IMG/VR virus record: IMGVR_UViG_3300043416_000201
Coordinates: 1-56,405 of that record
Source: a virus
Taxonomy: Duplodnaviria; Caudoviricetes
DNA length: 56,405 bases
Direction: 5' to 3' (one strand)
Under the pieces are notes generated by a model that did not search any database, had not been told where the DNA came from, and saw only the letters and a list, made by a program, of their open reading frames with translations. The translations under genes were made by a program, and so were the position numbers. This document shows positions 38,901 to 47,254 of the stretch, in pieces; position 1 is the stretch's first letter, and every line of letters starts with the position of its first letter.

Positions 38901-39688
38901 CATTTGAAGTCGGCTACATCTTCAAGGCTTTGCCCGAGGCGCTGTACAACACCATGGCGGACGAGCATGGCGGCGAAGAAGCAGTCAAGGCGTTCAAGCA
39001 AATCTTGTTGCAGACCATCCCCGGCGGCACAAGCTACGGCATCCCGCAAGCACTGAAACCCGCCATCGAGGCAGGTCTCGGCAAGTCGTTCTACACAGGC
39101 CGCGACATCCTGTCCAGCGCCGAGAAGTCGTTGCTCCCCGAAGAACAGTTCCGCGTGAACACCTCGGAAGCTGCCAAGTTGGTGGGCAAAGGTCTGGGCG
39201 TGTCCCCTGTCATCTTGGAGCAACTCGTTCAGGGTTACACCGGCCCGATGGGTCTGGCGTTCTTGCAAGCAGCCAGCCTCGGTGTCCCGAAAGGCAACAC
39301 ACCCGAGCAAGCAACCAAGCGCCTGTCCGAGCTCCCATTGGTGGGCGGCGCGTTCCAACCCAACGACGCCGGCGGCATCATCAACGCCACGTACGATCGC
39401 TTCGAAGACTCCATGAAGGTGCAGCGCACCGTCGACAAACTCTTCCAAGAAGGCCGTCAAGCCGAGGCGAAAGAGCTGTTGCAGAAGACGGGCAACGAGT
39501 ACGCAGCGGGTGAAATGGGTGACTACTTCGCCTCTCAAATGAAAGAGCTCACCCAGTACGAGCGTGCAGTACAGGCTATGGCACTCACTCCCGACGAGAA
39601 GCGTCAGCGCCTCGACGAGATCAAGAAGTTGAAGATTGCCTTAGCCGCGACAGCCCGCCAGACAGTCGACAGAACCGCACCCCGATAA
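32942..39688 (+). CDS. Large polyvalent virion/ejection protein with zincin-like HExxH and C-terminal LPD38-like domain (2248 aa)
   Basis: LLHEATHAAT...EFASE; C-terminal PFFNAQIQG...NWFVRIPG...RIPVPFEVG. Confidence 0.75.
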   Translation: MPIYSIQAPNGKTYQIEGPAGASQDQVIAEVLRQNPDAGQVTTAESGFLPALKAGVSGLKSSGAALLGRTGIMDAERAKEVMAEEEAYQQRTFKPTETFSEAPLRKTAELLGGSLPYMAAPLAAGVAGAAAPIAGAGIGAAGLASLAQFTGTNLGRQVQEGKDLEKTNLGAAAAAAVPQAALDMLSFKMAPGIRGIFAAAGKEVPEGVAAQIAKQGTANVLKDYGVATGKAMGAEGVTEAGQQFLERLQAGLKLTDAQARDEYWDSLLGGAVLGGAIAPAGRYVERGRIQTEQETEARKKQREERAAAAAEQQKAAEVEAARKQTPEYALDIEKQYLEAEQQRAALKAQLKPVTKDSPTAAADRAFNKDITDKLKEASEAIKPLAKEYNTVQPALAAAKEKQRLAATAPEDVMLSHIGVDAPATTAAPKAPASFRIDELGQVTDEPVAEEKNPVQDYAAQQIQAAKEAGQFDLASLSDYLMEDPALAARVVAERPAVEGMPKADAAAMYTGLKLRLQEREKQAAAESKAELARRQQDLKAQKMGKTVDQLSLLKESEAQVEEQRATGETNFDYLDPVFEKAVAGKAPVVEVSADIRPSDKNKETRARVDQLTAQLDAKEQEYYSALRMNLGEKATKAYDESRAALAELNKLKGEGNVYASEIFSARKNQETALNDIEDSLDQIRSGNVLGGERGEVSASTKQTLLNRADQARAQYITSVLQEAATHRRATGEQALTQDEALKAAIKMDDTVKEWMDRVQAAPRREALTEVTTPAQMRGTEIVRGAQTRMADLRPLEKRRFGAYPQAVAVLKEQLDGIRTDLSAPAKAAATKDSPLLKTQFTTSEAAKVAEARGEKAETLGGELRKHNEYVRNMMAKLDNSVITPRIQTVLNQAADVMDGGKPSRALLNAVEEVVGRLNSGRKVEMTDLRAIVDAIRASDEVAPGQKSLDLLFEEPGQPARGIDKDVGYIRANAKNFANAPKVLKNALNNEEIALKRWREGQQKLAEEKAKRAEEVAKLKEKAAAEREKTQKAYADRDAMYKAQNVMAAKLEEKRKLDAEKEKTRGQRLQEQSDAFLANKEVFERQAELKRLQQESLKDEMADAREELATKGTTAERKKELAQKIQSLQAQLDVLGEGKPRRKQAAATVKTELSRSKDVPFRSASDKTSGDTRIMSGKEAKKAGKLASETTSAQQVQLSDTAKEALDDGRLLDALDDVAANGSTPFIRDNAAALRKLVARTRVYVTDDVEVDGKQVPAAFNSEENAILIKPDALTEANLLHEATHAATIRALEGPESKLNADQIAAKQELQKMFDDLTADGTLTGEYASNNVKEFASEVQSNANLRDKLDNRSMLRKFFDAVMRLIGMKPEATRTEEAQALIERLYMQSGKLDTKTLATGTPTYANDEMAAVGALTDKFVAKQKGVKDRVLAAAGGFLGLETQLVDRFAGFERLSKTMDALKGSQMMYYMRMYDQRMNFVSQAVENGALKLAEKERADGQKEYVIEATPGASIKGVVEILNEAKPMVGNGEAINRLFTMYMSGIRAKSKGFASLNFGKDVNPSDLDAAMKAVDGNAELKEIFGRAREEYNQYNRDMMDFLASTGAISEQTRKDLVKENDYIPWYRENNGVAELMIGGESRIRIGSIAEQPYLHELVGGDRPILDFMTSSVQNTNMLADMGLRNLAAKNAIFELVDMDMAKIVGASTGNNIVKFKVDGKDKYASVETDSAGIPGDLLVKGMQGIPTQMPAIFRLMSIPSRLLRKGVTLSPLYAAKQLFRDSLAAPILSGADFKPVFGALKEINQPSKELLERRGITGGQVFTGTSEDLTKILRDITDGKSGWLTALAKAEAIGMEADALTRRAQYNSYINQGLSEMEATLMALESMNFNKRGASPSIHIIGAMIPFFNAQIQGLNVLYKAMTGNMPFNERLKIQEKMLMRGGMLAAGTLAYAAMMQDDEAYKNATPEQKYGNWFVRIPGVTEPVRIPVPFEVGYIFKALPEALYNTMADEHGGEEAVKAFKQILLQTIPGGTSYGIPQALKPAIEAGLGKSFYTGRDILSSAEKSLLPEEQFRVNTSEAAKLVGKGLGVSPVILEQLVQGYTGPMGLAFLQAASLGVPKGNTPEQATKRLSELPLVGGAFQPNDAGGIINATYDRFEDSMKVQRTVDKLFQEGRQAEAKELLQKTGNEYAAGEMGDYFASQMKELTQYERAVQAMALTPDEKRQRLDEIKKLKIALAATARQTVDRTAPR

Positions 39689-39839
39689 GGCCGTTCTGGA
39701 TGCCAAAGGTAGCTTTCATTTTGTAACGGTACGAGAGCGCGGCTGACATGCCGCGCTCTCTGATACCCACAAGGTCAAGCCCCGCTACAAAGAAGCTCTC
39801 ACCCGGCTTTAGGTTGGCCAACGGATAGCGTAGAGCCAT
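39621..39839 (-). CDS. Hypothetical protein (72 aa)
   Basis: AGGAGG RBS; YPLANLKPGESFFV. Confidence 0.7.
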   Translation of the reverse strand: MALRYPLANLKPGESFFVAGLDLVGIRERGMSAALSYRYKMKATFGIQNGLIGVRFCRLSGGLSRLRQSSTS

Positions 39840-42741
39840 CGACAACCTCCTGCTTGCAGCTGATGTGCATCACGTTGACCCGCATGCTCGGGCCATTGGT
39901 GCGCGAGAGCATGTCCTTCTTGATGTAGTGGACCGTAAATAATTGGCCCAACTGTTCTTTGAAGTCGTCATAACCGTAGCTCATATTGACGCAGTGCTGC
40001 TTGAGCAGTTGCTCCTCAATGAAGTAGTCCACGTAGCCCGGCGTCAGCAGCTCATGCTCGACACGGCCCAACACCTTGTTACGGGTGATTGACTTGTCGA
40101 CTGTCTCGCCGCTACCCCACGCCGCCAACACACGCTTCTCCTCGTTCTTCTTGATGATGACGAAGCCGCCGTAGTTGTTGCCGGTGTAGGAGTTGAGCAC
40201 GTCCTCGGCTGTGCGGATGTTGCTCTTGAACTTGGCGCGTGCCTTCTCGACCAACGCTTGCAGTGCGTCCATGATGCCCTCGACAGGCATCTCGATCAGG
40301 TTGGCGTACTTCGGTCCCAGCAAGATAGCGGCAGTCACCGTGGTGGTGCAGCCAGCATGCCAGTAGCGTTCCAAGTCCGTGAACTTCATGCGCTCCTTGA
40401 GGCGCTCGTCTACCTTGTGCAGCAAACGCTTGGCAACGTCTTGGTTCTTGGTCAACCAGCGCACCCATGCCTCACCCGCAACGCCGTAGTTTTGCTTCAA
40501 CCCCTTGAGGTTGCCGCGCTCCTCCGCTGTCCACTTGAGTTCTTCCGTCGGGTTCCACTCCAGCATGCGCATCAACTCGCCGTTCGAGCTGAAGGTACGC
40601 GCACCGGCCATGTAGTCCAGCAGCATCACGTTTGAGGTCATCGTGCCCGTGGCTGCCCACGTGCTGTTGTTGATGCGCTCTTTGTTGGAGCCCGACTCCA
40701 TACGCTCCTTGCCCTGACCCTCGGCGTAGTCGAAGATGAAGGTAGGTGCCCACTCCATGTCCGCACGGCTGCGGCTGGTGATCTCGTCGATGAGCAAAGG
40801 CATGCTGTTCAACAAGCCAGCGCGTTGTTGCATCGCCACAGGTGACGTGCTCTTGCCGGTACGGTAGCGCACTGGGTGACCCCATACGCCAGCCTTGGCG
40901 CTGAGCGTCAAAGACTTACCGGTTCCTGACTGGCGTGAGCCGATGTGCCACATGAAGCCTTCGTACTCGGTGAACTTCATGAGGGAAGAGCCAAATGCGT
41001 CTGCGCAGAACGCAAGCATGGTGTGCATTTTTTTGGCTTTGAAAACCTCCCAAACCCGTGCCCACTCCGTGACCGTTCCCTTGCTGTTGGTGTTGCGGTT
41101 GATGTTCTCCAACCCCGGCATGGGGATGCGAGTCTCGCGCCCGTCCTTGGTGAACACGCGGTTGTTGTAAACAAACGACATGTCTTCCTGCCAGCCGCAC
41201 TGGAACGGAACCACGATGGCTTTCTTCTCCATGGACGCTTGCTCCACGCAAGCCAGCACGTAGTCATACAGGTTCTTCTGGTGCATGCCACCGGCCACGA
41301 TGTTCTGGCTGGCCAACCACTTGAGCGTCTCGTCCTTGCTCACGATGGAGCGTTGAGGGAAGTTCAAAGTAATCACGCCTTCGGGTCGTACTGCGGCCAT
41401 GTGCACCAAGTGGTCGGCTTCCTGCTTGAGCAGGTCAACGACAAACAAGTCGTAGCCAAGAATCTGAACCTCTTTGGTAATGGTTTTACCCTCGGCATCT
41501 TGGTCGGACACGGTCTTGTAGACCCCGCCGTTTCGGCCGTAGCTGTACCCGCGTGGTGGCGCTGGGCGTGTGATCGTTGGCGCTGTGTCCTTGACGTCAA
41601 CGTCCTCGAAGTCCTCATCGAACTCGTGCTCGAAGTCTTCGTCCTCCGCGCTCAACTCGAAGTCCACGGTCTTAGGCGCGGGTGGGGGAGCCAGTGGGAT
41701 TTGCTTCTCGGTGTTGTCTTTGAGAATCTCGCGGCCGAGCACCAACGGGTTGGTGATCTTGTTGAAGTGGGGGCACTTCGTGCAGATGCCGGGGTTCTCG
41801 CTGTCCATCTTGGCGCAAGCGTATGGGCCTTTGATCTCGCCGAGCTTCTGGTGCATGCGCTCTGGTGGGTATGGGTGCATGGCGCTGAGTTCAACAGCAT
41901 GCTCCATACCGTCTTCGCACTTCTGGGTCCACGAGAGAATCCCGCGCCAAATTGGTTCCTTGCCGTCGTCCTGTGCCGTTGCGATGTAGTCGTCGATCTG
42001 GCCACAGCCCCGCTCGCGGATGTTTTTGAACAACGTGATGCTGTTCTCCATGAGTTTGACTTGGGCAGCGTTCGGGTCACGCTTGGGGCGCACGCCCTCG
42101 ATCTGCTCAGCAACAGGTTTGGGGGTGAAGATTTCCTCGACATGCTCATACACAACACGGGAGAAGTCAGCGAAGTCAAACAGCGAGCCTTCCTGCACTA
42201 TGCGCACAGGGCGCGGCGTCGTGTACTTCTTCTTGTAGTTGGTTGTGCCGGGCACTCGGAGAATACGGGCAGCATCCGCTGTCACCGTCATGTCGATGTC
42301 GAAGTTGTTCTGCTTGCACAGACGCTTGAAGTTCTCAGCAACAGGTTTCCAAATAGCCACAGGGATGTCTTCGCGCAGGGGCCAGTAGGCATGCAATCCG
42401 CCACCCGAGTCCACCACCAAAGGGTCGCCCAACTCAGTCAGCCCTGTCTCGTGTAAGAAGTCTGTCAGCGCAGAGGCCGCAGCTTTCTTTGAGGCATAGC
42501 CGTCCATGTCGATGAAGAACGATCGCACGTACTGAGCTTGTTCTGCGCCGCGCTTCTCGTCGAAGGTGGCCACGGCAAAGTACACGTCGCACTTGGTTGC
42601 ATGCCACGCATCTATCTTGGGGATGAGCGCGTCGATTGTCTCGGCATAAAAATGCTCTTTTCGTTTTGTGAGTTCCACCGCACAGTACTGGCCTAAACCA
42701 GAAGACGGTAAAACCACCGCTAAAAACTCAGCGGGTGTCAT
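39799..42741 (-). CDS. Primase-helicase (RepB/AEP-like primase plus DUF927-like NTPase) (980 aa)
   Basis: FFIDMD...DSGGGLHAYW...RILRVPGTTN; CxxC; SGTGKS Walker A; LLIDE Walker B. Confidence 0.85.
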   Translation of the reverse strand: MTPAEFLAVVLPSSGLGQYCAVELTKRKEHFYAETIDALIPKIDAWHATKCDVYFAVATFDEKRGAEQAQYVRSFFIDMDGYASKKAAASALTDFLHETGLTELGDPLVVDSGGGLHAYWPLREDIPVAIWKPVAENFKRLCKQNNFDIDMTVTADAARILRVPGTTNYKKKYTTPRPVRIVQEGSLFDFADFSRVVYEHVEEIFTPKPVAEQIEGVRPKRDPNAAQVKLMENSITLFKNIRERGCGQIDDYIATAQDDGKEPIWRGILSWTQKCEDGMEHAVELSAMHPYPPERMHQKLGEIKGPYACAKMDSENPGICTKCPHFNKITNPLVLGREILKDNTEKQIPLAPPPAPKTVDFELSAEDEDFEHEFDEDFEDVDVKDTAPTITRPAPPRGYSYGRNGGVYKTVSDQDAEGKTITKEVQILGYDLFVVDLLKQEADHLVHMAAVRPEGVITLNFPQRSIVSKDETLKWLASQNIVAGGMHQKNLYDYVLACVEQASMEKKAIVVPFQCGWQEDMSFVYNNRVFTKDGRETRIPMPGLENINRNTNSKGTVTEWARVWEVFKAKKMHTMLAFCADAFGSSLMKFTEYEGFMWHIGSRQSGTGKSLTLSAKAGVWGHPVRYRTGKSTSPVAMQQRAGLLNSMPLLIDEITSRSRADMEWAPTFIFDYAEGQGKERMESGSNKERINNSTWAATGTMTSNVMLLDYMAGARTFSSNGELMRMLEWNPTEELKWTAEERGNLKGLKQNYGVAGEAWVRWLTKNQDVAKRLLHKVDERLKERMKFTDLERYWHAGCTTTVTAAILLGPKYANLIEMPVEGIMDALQALVEKARAKFKSNIRTAEDVLNSYTGNNYGGFVIIKKNEEKRVLAAWGSGETVDKSITRNKVLGRVEHELLTPGYVDYFIEEQLLKQHCVNMSYGYDDFKEQLGQLFTVHYIKKDMLSRTNGPSMRVNVMHISCKQEVVDGSTLSVGQPKAG

Positions 42742-42754
42742 AGCTATCCTTGGT

Positions 42755-42979
42755 TTAGTTTTCTTCTTCGGCGTGCGCTACGCCAGCGGCAAAGCCTTCT
42801 TCGAATCCGCGCTCGTAAGCCGTTTCTTCTACCCAGTCAGTGTCTGGGTTATCAAGGGCTCTGGCCAAGCGTGTGCACAGCTCCTCGACCCACTCTTTAG
42901 GCAACATCTCGTTGCCCATCAAATAGACTTGGCGCAGGACTTCTTCGTCGGTCAGGTTGGCAGGTCGAATTGCTTGCAT
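42755..42979 (-). CDS. Hypothetical protein (74 aa)
   Basis: GGAG RBS; MQAIRPANLTDEE. Confidence 0.7.
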   Translation of the reverse strand: MQAIRPANLTDEEVLRQVYLMGNEMLPKEWVEELCTRLARALDNPDTDWVEETAYERGFEEGFAAGVAHAEEEN

Positions 42980-43230
42980 ACTTTTCTCCACGCATCATCC
43001 GCTGTTGATGATGACTTCAATATTGTGAGGAGCACCTCGACGATGGGTCGATATGCCACGAAGACTTCGCCGCCAGCAAACCAGTTGTAGACGGACTGAC
43101 GCGATGCACCCGTTGCCTTGGCAATCTTGGTTACTGGGAAGTCTAGATGCACAGCCCAGCGCCCGAGCTGGTTGCCCAGCGTCTTTGGCGCGTGTTTGAC
43201 TGTGTCGATGATTTGTTGTGAGTAGGCCAT
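42952..43230 (-). CDS. Cro/XRE-like HTH DNA-binding protein (92 aa)
   Basis: VTKIAKATGASRQSVYNWFAG helix-turn-helix. Confidence 0.75.
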   Translation of the reverse strand: MAYSQQIIDTVKHAPKTLGNQLGRWAVHLDFPVTKIAKATGASRQSVYNWFAGGEVFVAYRPIVEVLLTILKSSSTADDAWRKVCKQFDLPT

Positions 43231-43297
43231 AGTATTAGGTGGCCCCCGCGCTGGGTCTGTAGCTCCAAGTTAATGGAAAGCGCAGGGGCCGAACTCC

Positions 43298-44263
43298 TTA
43301 TTCGTCCCAGTCATCCACCATAGAAGCCAGATCAGGCTTCTGGGTTGGCACGGCGCTTGGCTTCTTTTCTTCCTTGCGCACCACTGGCTCGTCGTCAGCA
43401 TCGGCTGCTGGTGCGGCGGCTTTCGTAGCCTTGGCCTTAGCTTTCGGTGCGGGAGCTGGTGGCTCGTCGTCCTCGGCTTGTGGTGCAGGAGTGGCTTTGG
43501 TTGGGCGCTTGCCTTCGATCGGTTCAGACACCTTGGCCACGTTGTCCATCTTGGCGACCGTCATGGTGACGGCTTGCTTGGCCTCAACGGATGCGCCCTT
43601 CTCTGTGCACACTGGGTACTCGTCGTCGGTCAGGTAGCGCATGGTCTTGAAGAACAGCTTGGGTGACTCGGACTTGGTGTCGAAGCGCATACGGGTCACG
43701 ACTTCGGTGGGGTCGATGTTCTGTGCCACCAACCAGCGAGCGTAGGCTTGCAGTGGGCGGTTGTCGCCTTCCTCTTTTCCAAAAATGCTAGTCGCAGGTA
43801 AGGTGAGTTGTAAAACGTCTCCCTCCATGTCGTTGGCCAAGACCACAGCGAGACGTTGTTGGTAGCGGCATGCGCGGCTATTACCGTTGCCTGAACCAGC
43901 GATGTTTTGTGGGCACTCGGCGCAGGTCGTGGCTTGAGGTGTCTCGACTTCTGACGCTGGCTTGTCGCCGTCTTGTGACCAGCACTCTGGTGCAACAACT
44001 TTGTCGGCTTCGTACTTGGCCATGTAGAACACGCGGCTGACTTTAGGGGCTGAGTTCACAACCACCACGTCGAGGTAACGCTCTTCGATAGCGGCGACTT
44101 CCTTGCCACCAGCCACCAGACGGAACACGCCGCCCTTGATTGAGATGCGCTTGCCACCACCACCTGCGCCACCGGCGAGGGCTTTAGCTACTGCGGACAA
44201 TTCGCCGCGTGCCTTGACGAAGGCGGGTACGGCTGCGGGGTTAAATACTGCTACGTTGCTCAT
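43298..44263 (-). CDS. Putative ssDNA-binding / annealing protein (321 aa)
   Basis: RISIKGGVF...C...CAECPQN...C; P/A/K linker; acidic tail DDWDE. Confidence 0.6.
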   Translation of the reverse strand: MSNVAVFNPAAVPAFVKARGELSAVAKALAGGAGGGGKRISIKGGVFRLVAGGKEVAAIEERYLDVVVVNSAPKVSRVFYMAKYEADKVVAPECWSQDGDKPASEVETPQATTCAECPQNIAGSGNGNSRACRYQQRLAVVLANDMEGDVLQLTLPATSIFGKEEGDNRPLQAYARWLVAQNIDPTEVVTRMRFDTKSESPKLFFKTMRYLTDDEYPVCTEKGASVEAKQAVTMTVAKMDNVAKVSEPIEGKRPTKATPAPQAEDDEPPAPAPKAKAKATKAAAPAADADDEPVVRKEEKKPSAVPTQKPDLASMVDDWDE

Positions 44264-44484
44264 GCTTGTTCTCCTGTGATGTAAGCGTGGAATTTGACGG
44301 CGTTGGCGAGGAGCTGGTCCACGGTCAACATACCGCCGTTGATTTTGTGATGTTGAAGCGCGTACTCGACTGCCGAGCGGCGGTTCCAGTCTTGGTCAAT
44401 TACGGGCGCTGCAATGTTCACGAGCGGCGATGTCTCGACAGGTGTGTCGACAACGGCTTCTGGCGCTGTTTGTTTCTTTGTCAT
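44260..44484 (-). CDS. Hypothetical protein (74 aa)
   Basis: AAGGA RBS; coupled to both neighbours. Confidence 0.7.
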   Translation of the reverse strand: MTKKQTAPEAVVDTPVETSPLVNIAAPVIDQDWNRRSAVEYALQHHKINGGMLTVDQLLANAVKFHAYITGEQA

Positions 44485-44933
44485 TTGGTTGGTTTCCTTA
44501 CTGATACGTTGTACTCGGTCATCGAGTTCAAGCCGGGGGGTACGAGGCCGGGGTTTTCTTCCAAGAAAGTTCGCATGTTGGTCTGCGCAATGCGCTTCTC
44601 CAACAGGTCCACGGCATCGTGTTCCTTGACGAACTCTTTGAACGAATCCCAGTCTTGTGTGTTGTAGCGTGTCGAGGTCGACAGCACTACGGTTCCTTGG
44701 TCTGTGCGAACAGACGACACGCCCAGCTTCAACATCTGGTCCTTGAGCGCGATCTTCACAGTGTCTTGTTGGGCTTTGATCGCCTCGACTTGTGTCTCGT
44801 ACTCACGGGTCAGCTCTTGAATCCGTGCGGCCATCTTGCGATAGACCTTGGCAAGTTTGTCCATGGGTACGGACGCTTGCTCAACGGTTTCTTGAGGGGA
44901 AGTTTCCCCCTCGTCATCTAGATCGTAGCTCAT
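44481..44933 (-). CDS. Replication-module hypothetical protein (150 aa)
   Basis: AAGGAG RBS; DWDSF...DLLEKRIAQ...PPGL. Confidence 0.8.
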   Translation of the reverse strand: MSYDLDDEGETSPQETVEQASVPMDKLAKVYRKMAARIQELTREYETQVEAIKAQQDTVKIALKDQMLKLGVSSVRTDQGTVVLSTSTRYNTQDWDSFKEFVKEHDAVDLLEKRIAQTNMRTFLEENPGLVPPGLNSMTEYNVSVRKPTK

Positions 44934-45014
44934 TGGCTTCTCCTTGTAGTTGTCTAGTGTTTGACAATGGTACACGAACTTTTTGTCGTGCACCACAACT
45001 TTCGCGAAATATTT

Positions 45015-46574
45015 TTAGCCCTCCATTTCTTGTGCAAACATGTCAGTGAGAAGTACGCTGTCGTTGACTTTCGTACTCATCGCCTTAAATAACTTTTTCT
45101 CAATAGGGCTCGATTCAATATGCACTACGGTTACTTTGTCGGAGTCCTGCCCCTTGCGGTCTGCTCGCGCAATACATTGAACGTACTGCTCGACGCTCAT
45201 CAACGGACCGAAGAACACCACTGTGTCAGCTGCCGTTAAGGTAATGCCGTGCGCAGTAGCTTGAGGCTGCATGACCAACACGCGAATGTTGTCGGTAGTC
45301 TGGAAGTCGTTGATGATCTGACCGCGCTTGCTGGCGCTCACGTCACCGTGAATCTGCCCCACGCCGTAGCCGTGCTTAGTCAGGTAGGTCACGATGGTGT
45401 CGATGCTTGAGCGGAACAGCGCGAAGATGATGACCTTGCGCTCTGTCTCCTCCAACACTTCGTTGAGCACGTTCAAGCGTGGAGCCGCATCGAACTCAAC
45501 AATTTCCTTGTCATCGGTGTACGCCGCACCGCAAGAGATTTGCAACAGCTTGTTCACCGCAACACCCGCGTTCACCGCGCTGATCGTCTCACCCGCCGTG
45601 CGCACCAACATCTGCTCCTTGAGCATCTTGTAATACTTCAACTGCTGGGGTGTCATGGGCACCTCACGCGTCACCGTGATGACTGGCGGCAAGTCGAGAC
45701 ACTGCGCCTTGGAGAAACGAATCGCTGGTTGAAGCGCTTCGAATACTTTGTCGCGTGCATCGGGCTTAGCGGCCCACTTGAACATCGTGATCTTGTTCAT
45801 CACCTTGTCGCGCCATGCAGTCTGAAACTTTGGCACACCAGTGGGGTTCACCAAGCGAGCCAAGCCATACGCATCCACAGGTGACTGCGAAGCAGGTGTA
45901 CCCGTCATCATCCACAGGTACGTCTCAGGCTTGACGATTGACGACAACGCTTTCCAACGACGGGTCGATGGGTTCTTGTATGCGTTTGCTTCGTCAACGA
46001 TCACTAAGTCGAACTTACCGTTGGCATTGATTTCTTCGGCGATCAAGTTGAGGCCATCGTAGTTGGCGATGACGATCTCGTAGTTCTGCTGAATCATTTC
46101 AATGCGCCGAGTTGACTGCGCATGGTGGGCCACCACTGCTGAGCGATGGATGATGCTGCTACCGATGTCCCCCATCCACGCGCTGTGCATGATTGAGAGT
46201 GGGCAGAGAATCAACACACGACGAACTTCGCCGCGCTTCATCAAGTAGTCAGCGGCCCACAGTGCAGAGAGTGTCTTGCCTGTGCCGGGGTCGTTGAAAC
46301 AAAACGCACGGCGGTGCGCCGTGAGGAAAGCCGCAGTCTCCACTTGATGCGCCATTGGTTTGTAGCGGCCCGGCCAGTCGTAGCGTCGGGTGATTGGCAT
46401 AGGGACATTCTTAACGCCGAGGTTCTTCAACACACGACACTCATCAAGGCCCCAGTAGACGGCGACTTCATAGACGCCGTTCTTCTCCGACACAACTTTG
46501 TGCTTCGGGATGATGCTGTACTTCTGTGGGTTGCGTGTGCGTAACAGCAACGCCTTGTCTTCAATGATTTCCAC
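45015..46574 (-). CDS. SNF2-family helicase (519 aa)
   Basis: DPGTGKT, VIVDEA, MTGTP, HGITLTAA, QCIARADRKGQ. Confidence 0.92.
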   Translation of the reverse strand: MEIIEDKALLLRTRNPQKYSIIPKHKVVSEKNGVYEVAVYWGLDECRVLKNLGVKNVPMPITRRYDWPGRYKPMAHQVETAAFLTAHRRAFCFNDPGTGKTLSALWAADYLMKRGEVRRVLILCPLSIMHSAWMGDIGSSIIHRSAVVAHHAQSTRRIEMIQQNYEIVIANYDGLNLIAEEINANGKFDLVIVDEANAYKNPSTRRWKALSSIVKPETYLWMMTGTPASQSPVDAYGLARLVNPTGVPKFQTAWRDKVMNKITMFKWAAKPDARDKVFEALQPAIRFSKAQCLDLPPVITVTREVPMTPQQLKYYKMLKEQMLVRTAGETISAVNAGVAVNKLLQISCGAAYTDDKEIVEFDAAPRLNVLNEVLEETERKVIIFALFRSSIDTIVTYLTKHGYGVGQIHGDVSASKRGQIINDFQTTDNIRVLVMQPQATAHGITLTAADTVVFFGPLMSVEQYVQCIARADRKGQDSDKVTVVHIESSPIEKKLFKAMSTKVNDSVLLTDMFAQEMEG

Positions 46575-46590
46575 TACCTTCTCCTGTTAT

Positions 46591-46977
46591 TCATTCTGGT
46601 TTTCTACACACGTACTTCGCTCGGTCCGTTAGGTAGTGTTGTTCAAGGTGGCCTAACTGTTTGAGCCGCTTGTATGCGTTGACAAAGAAGTCGTCGTTAT
46701 CAATCGTTTCTAGGTCTACCCATTCATTTCCAAAACGTGTTACCCAGAGATTGATAAGCGTATCAACAGAGATATTGAAAACATCTTTCTGTAAGTCGAC
46801 CATCGTGAGATAGCTCTCTGTGTGGCCGTACTTGTTGATGCTTGCTATCTCTGCGCCACCATCTCGAATGGTGATCGTTGCGCTTTGGTTTGTGAAACTA
46901 GAGCCAGTGATGTTTGCGTGCATGTTGGCGGGTGGCCCCGCCGTGTTGGTTATTGCATAAGGGTGCGCTATTGCCAT
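46591..46977 (-). CDS. Hypothetical protein (128 aa)
   Basis: ORF in operon. Confidence 0.65.
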   Translation of the reverse strand: MAIAHPYAITNTAGPPANMHANITGSSFTNQSATITIRDGGAEIASINKYGHTESYLTMVDLQKDVFNISVDTLINLWVTRFGNEWVDLETIDNDDFFVNAYKRLKQLGHLEQHYLTDRAKYVCRKPE

Positions 46978-46978
46978 G

Positions 46979-47245
46979 TCACTTCCCCTTGATGGTGTGG
47001 TCGGAGTTGCGTGCGTATGAGCGGTTGGCTTTCGCAGCTTTCACCGTGAGGTTGGAGCGCGTCGTAGTGCCACCCTTAGACAGCGGCTTCTTGTGGTCAA
47101 CGTCTTTGCCGTCACCCTTGTGCACTTTGCCTTCGCGCTCCATGATGGCGCGGGCTTGGTTGCGGGCAGCGCGTTTCTTTTTGACCTCGGGCTTCTGGTC
47201 ATACGCTGGGTATGGGATACGGTCTTCTTTGTTCTTGTAGGGCAT
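46979..47245 (-). CDS. Small HNH endonuclease-like protein (88 aa)
   Basis: GDGKDVDHKKPLSKGG...SNL...ANRS. Confidence 0.8.
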   Translation of the reverse strand: MPYKNKEDRIPYPAYDQKPEVKKKRAARNQARAIMEREGKVHKGDGKDVDHKKPLSKGGTTTRSNLTVKAAKANRSYARNSDHTIKGK

Positions 47246-47254
47246 AGTGGTTCC

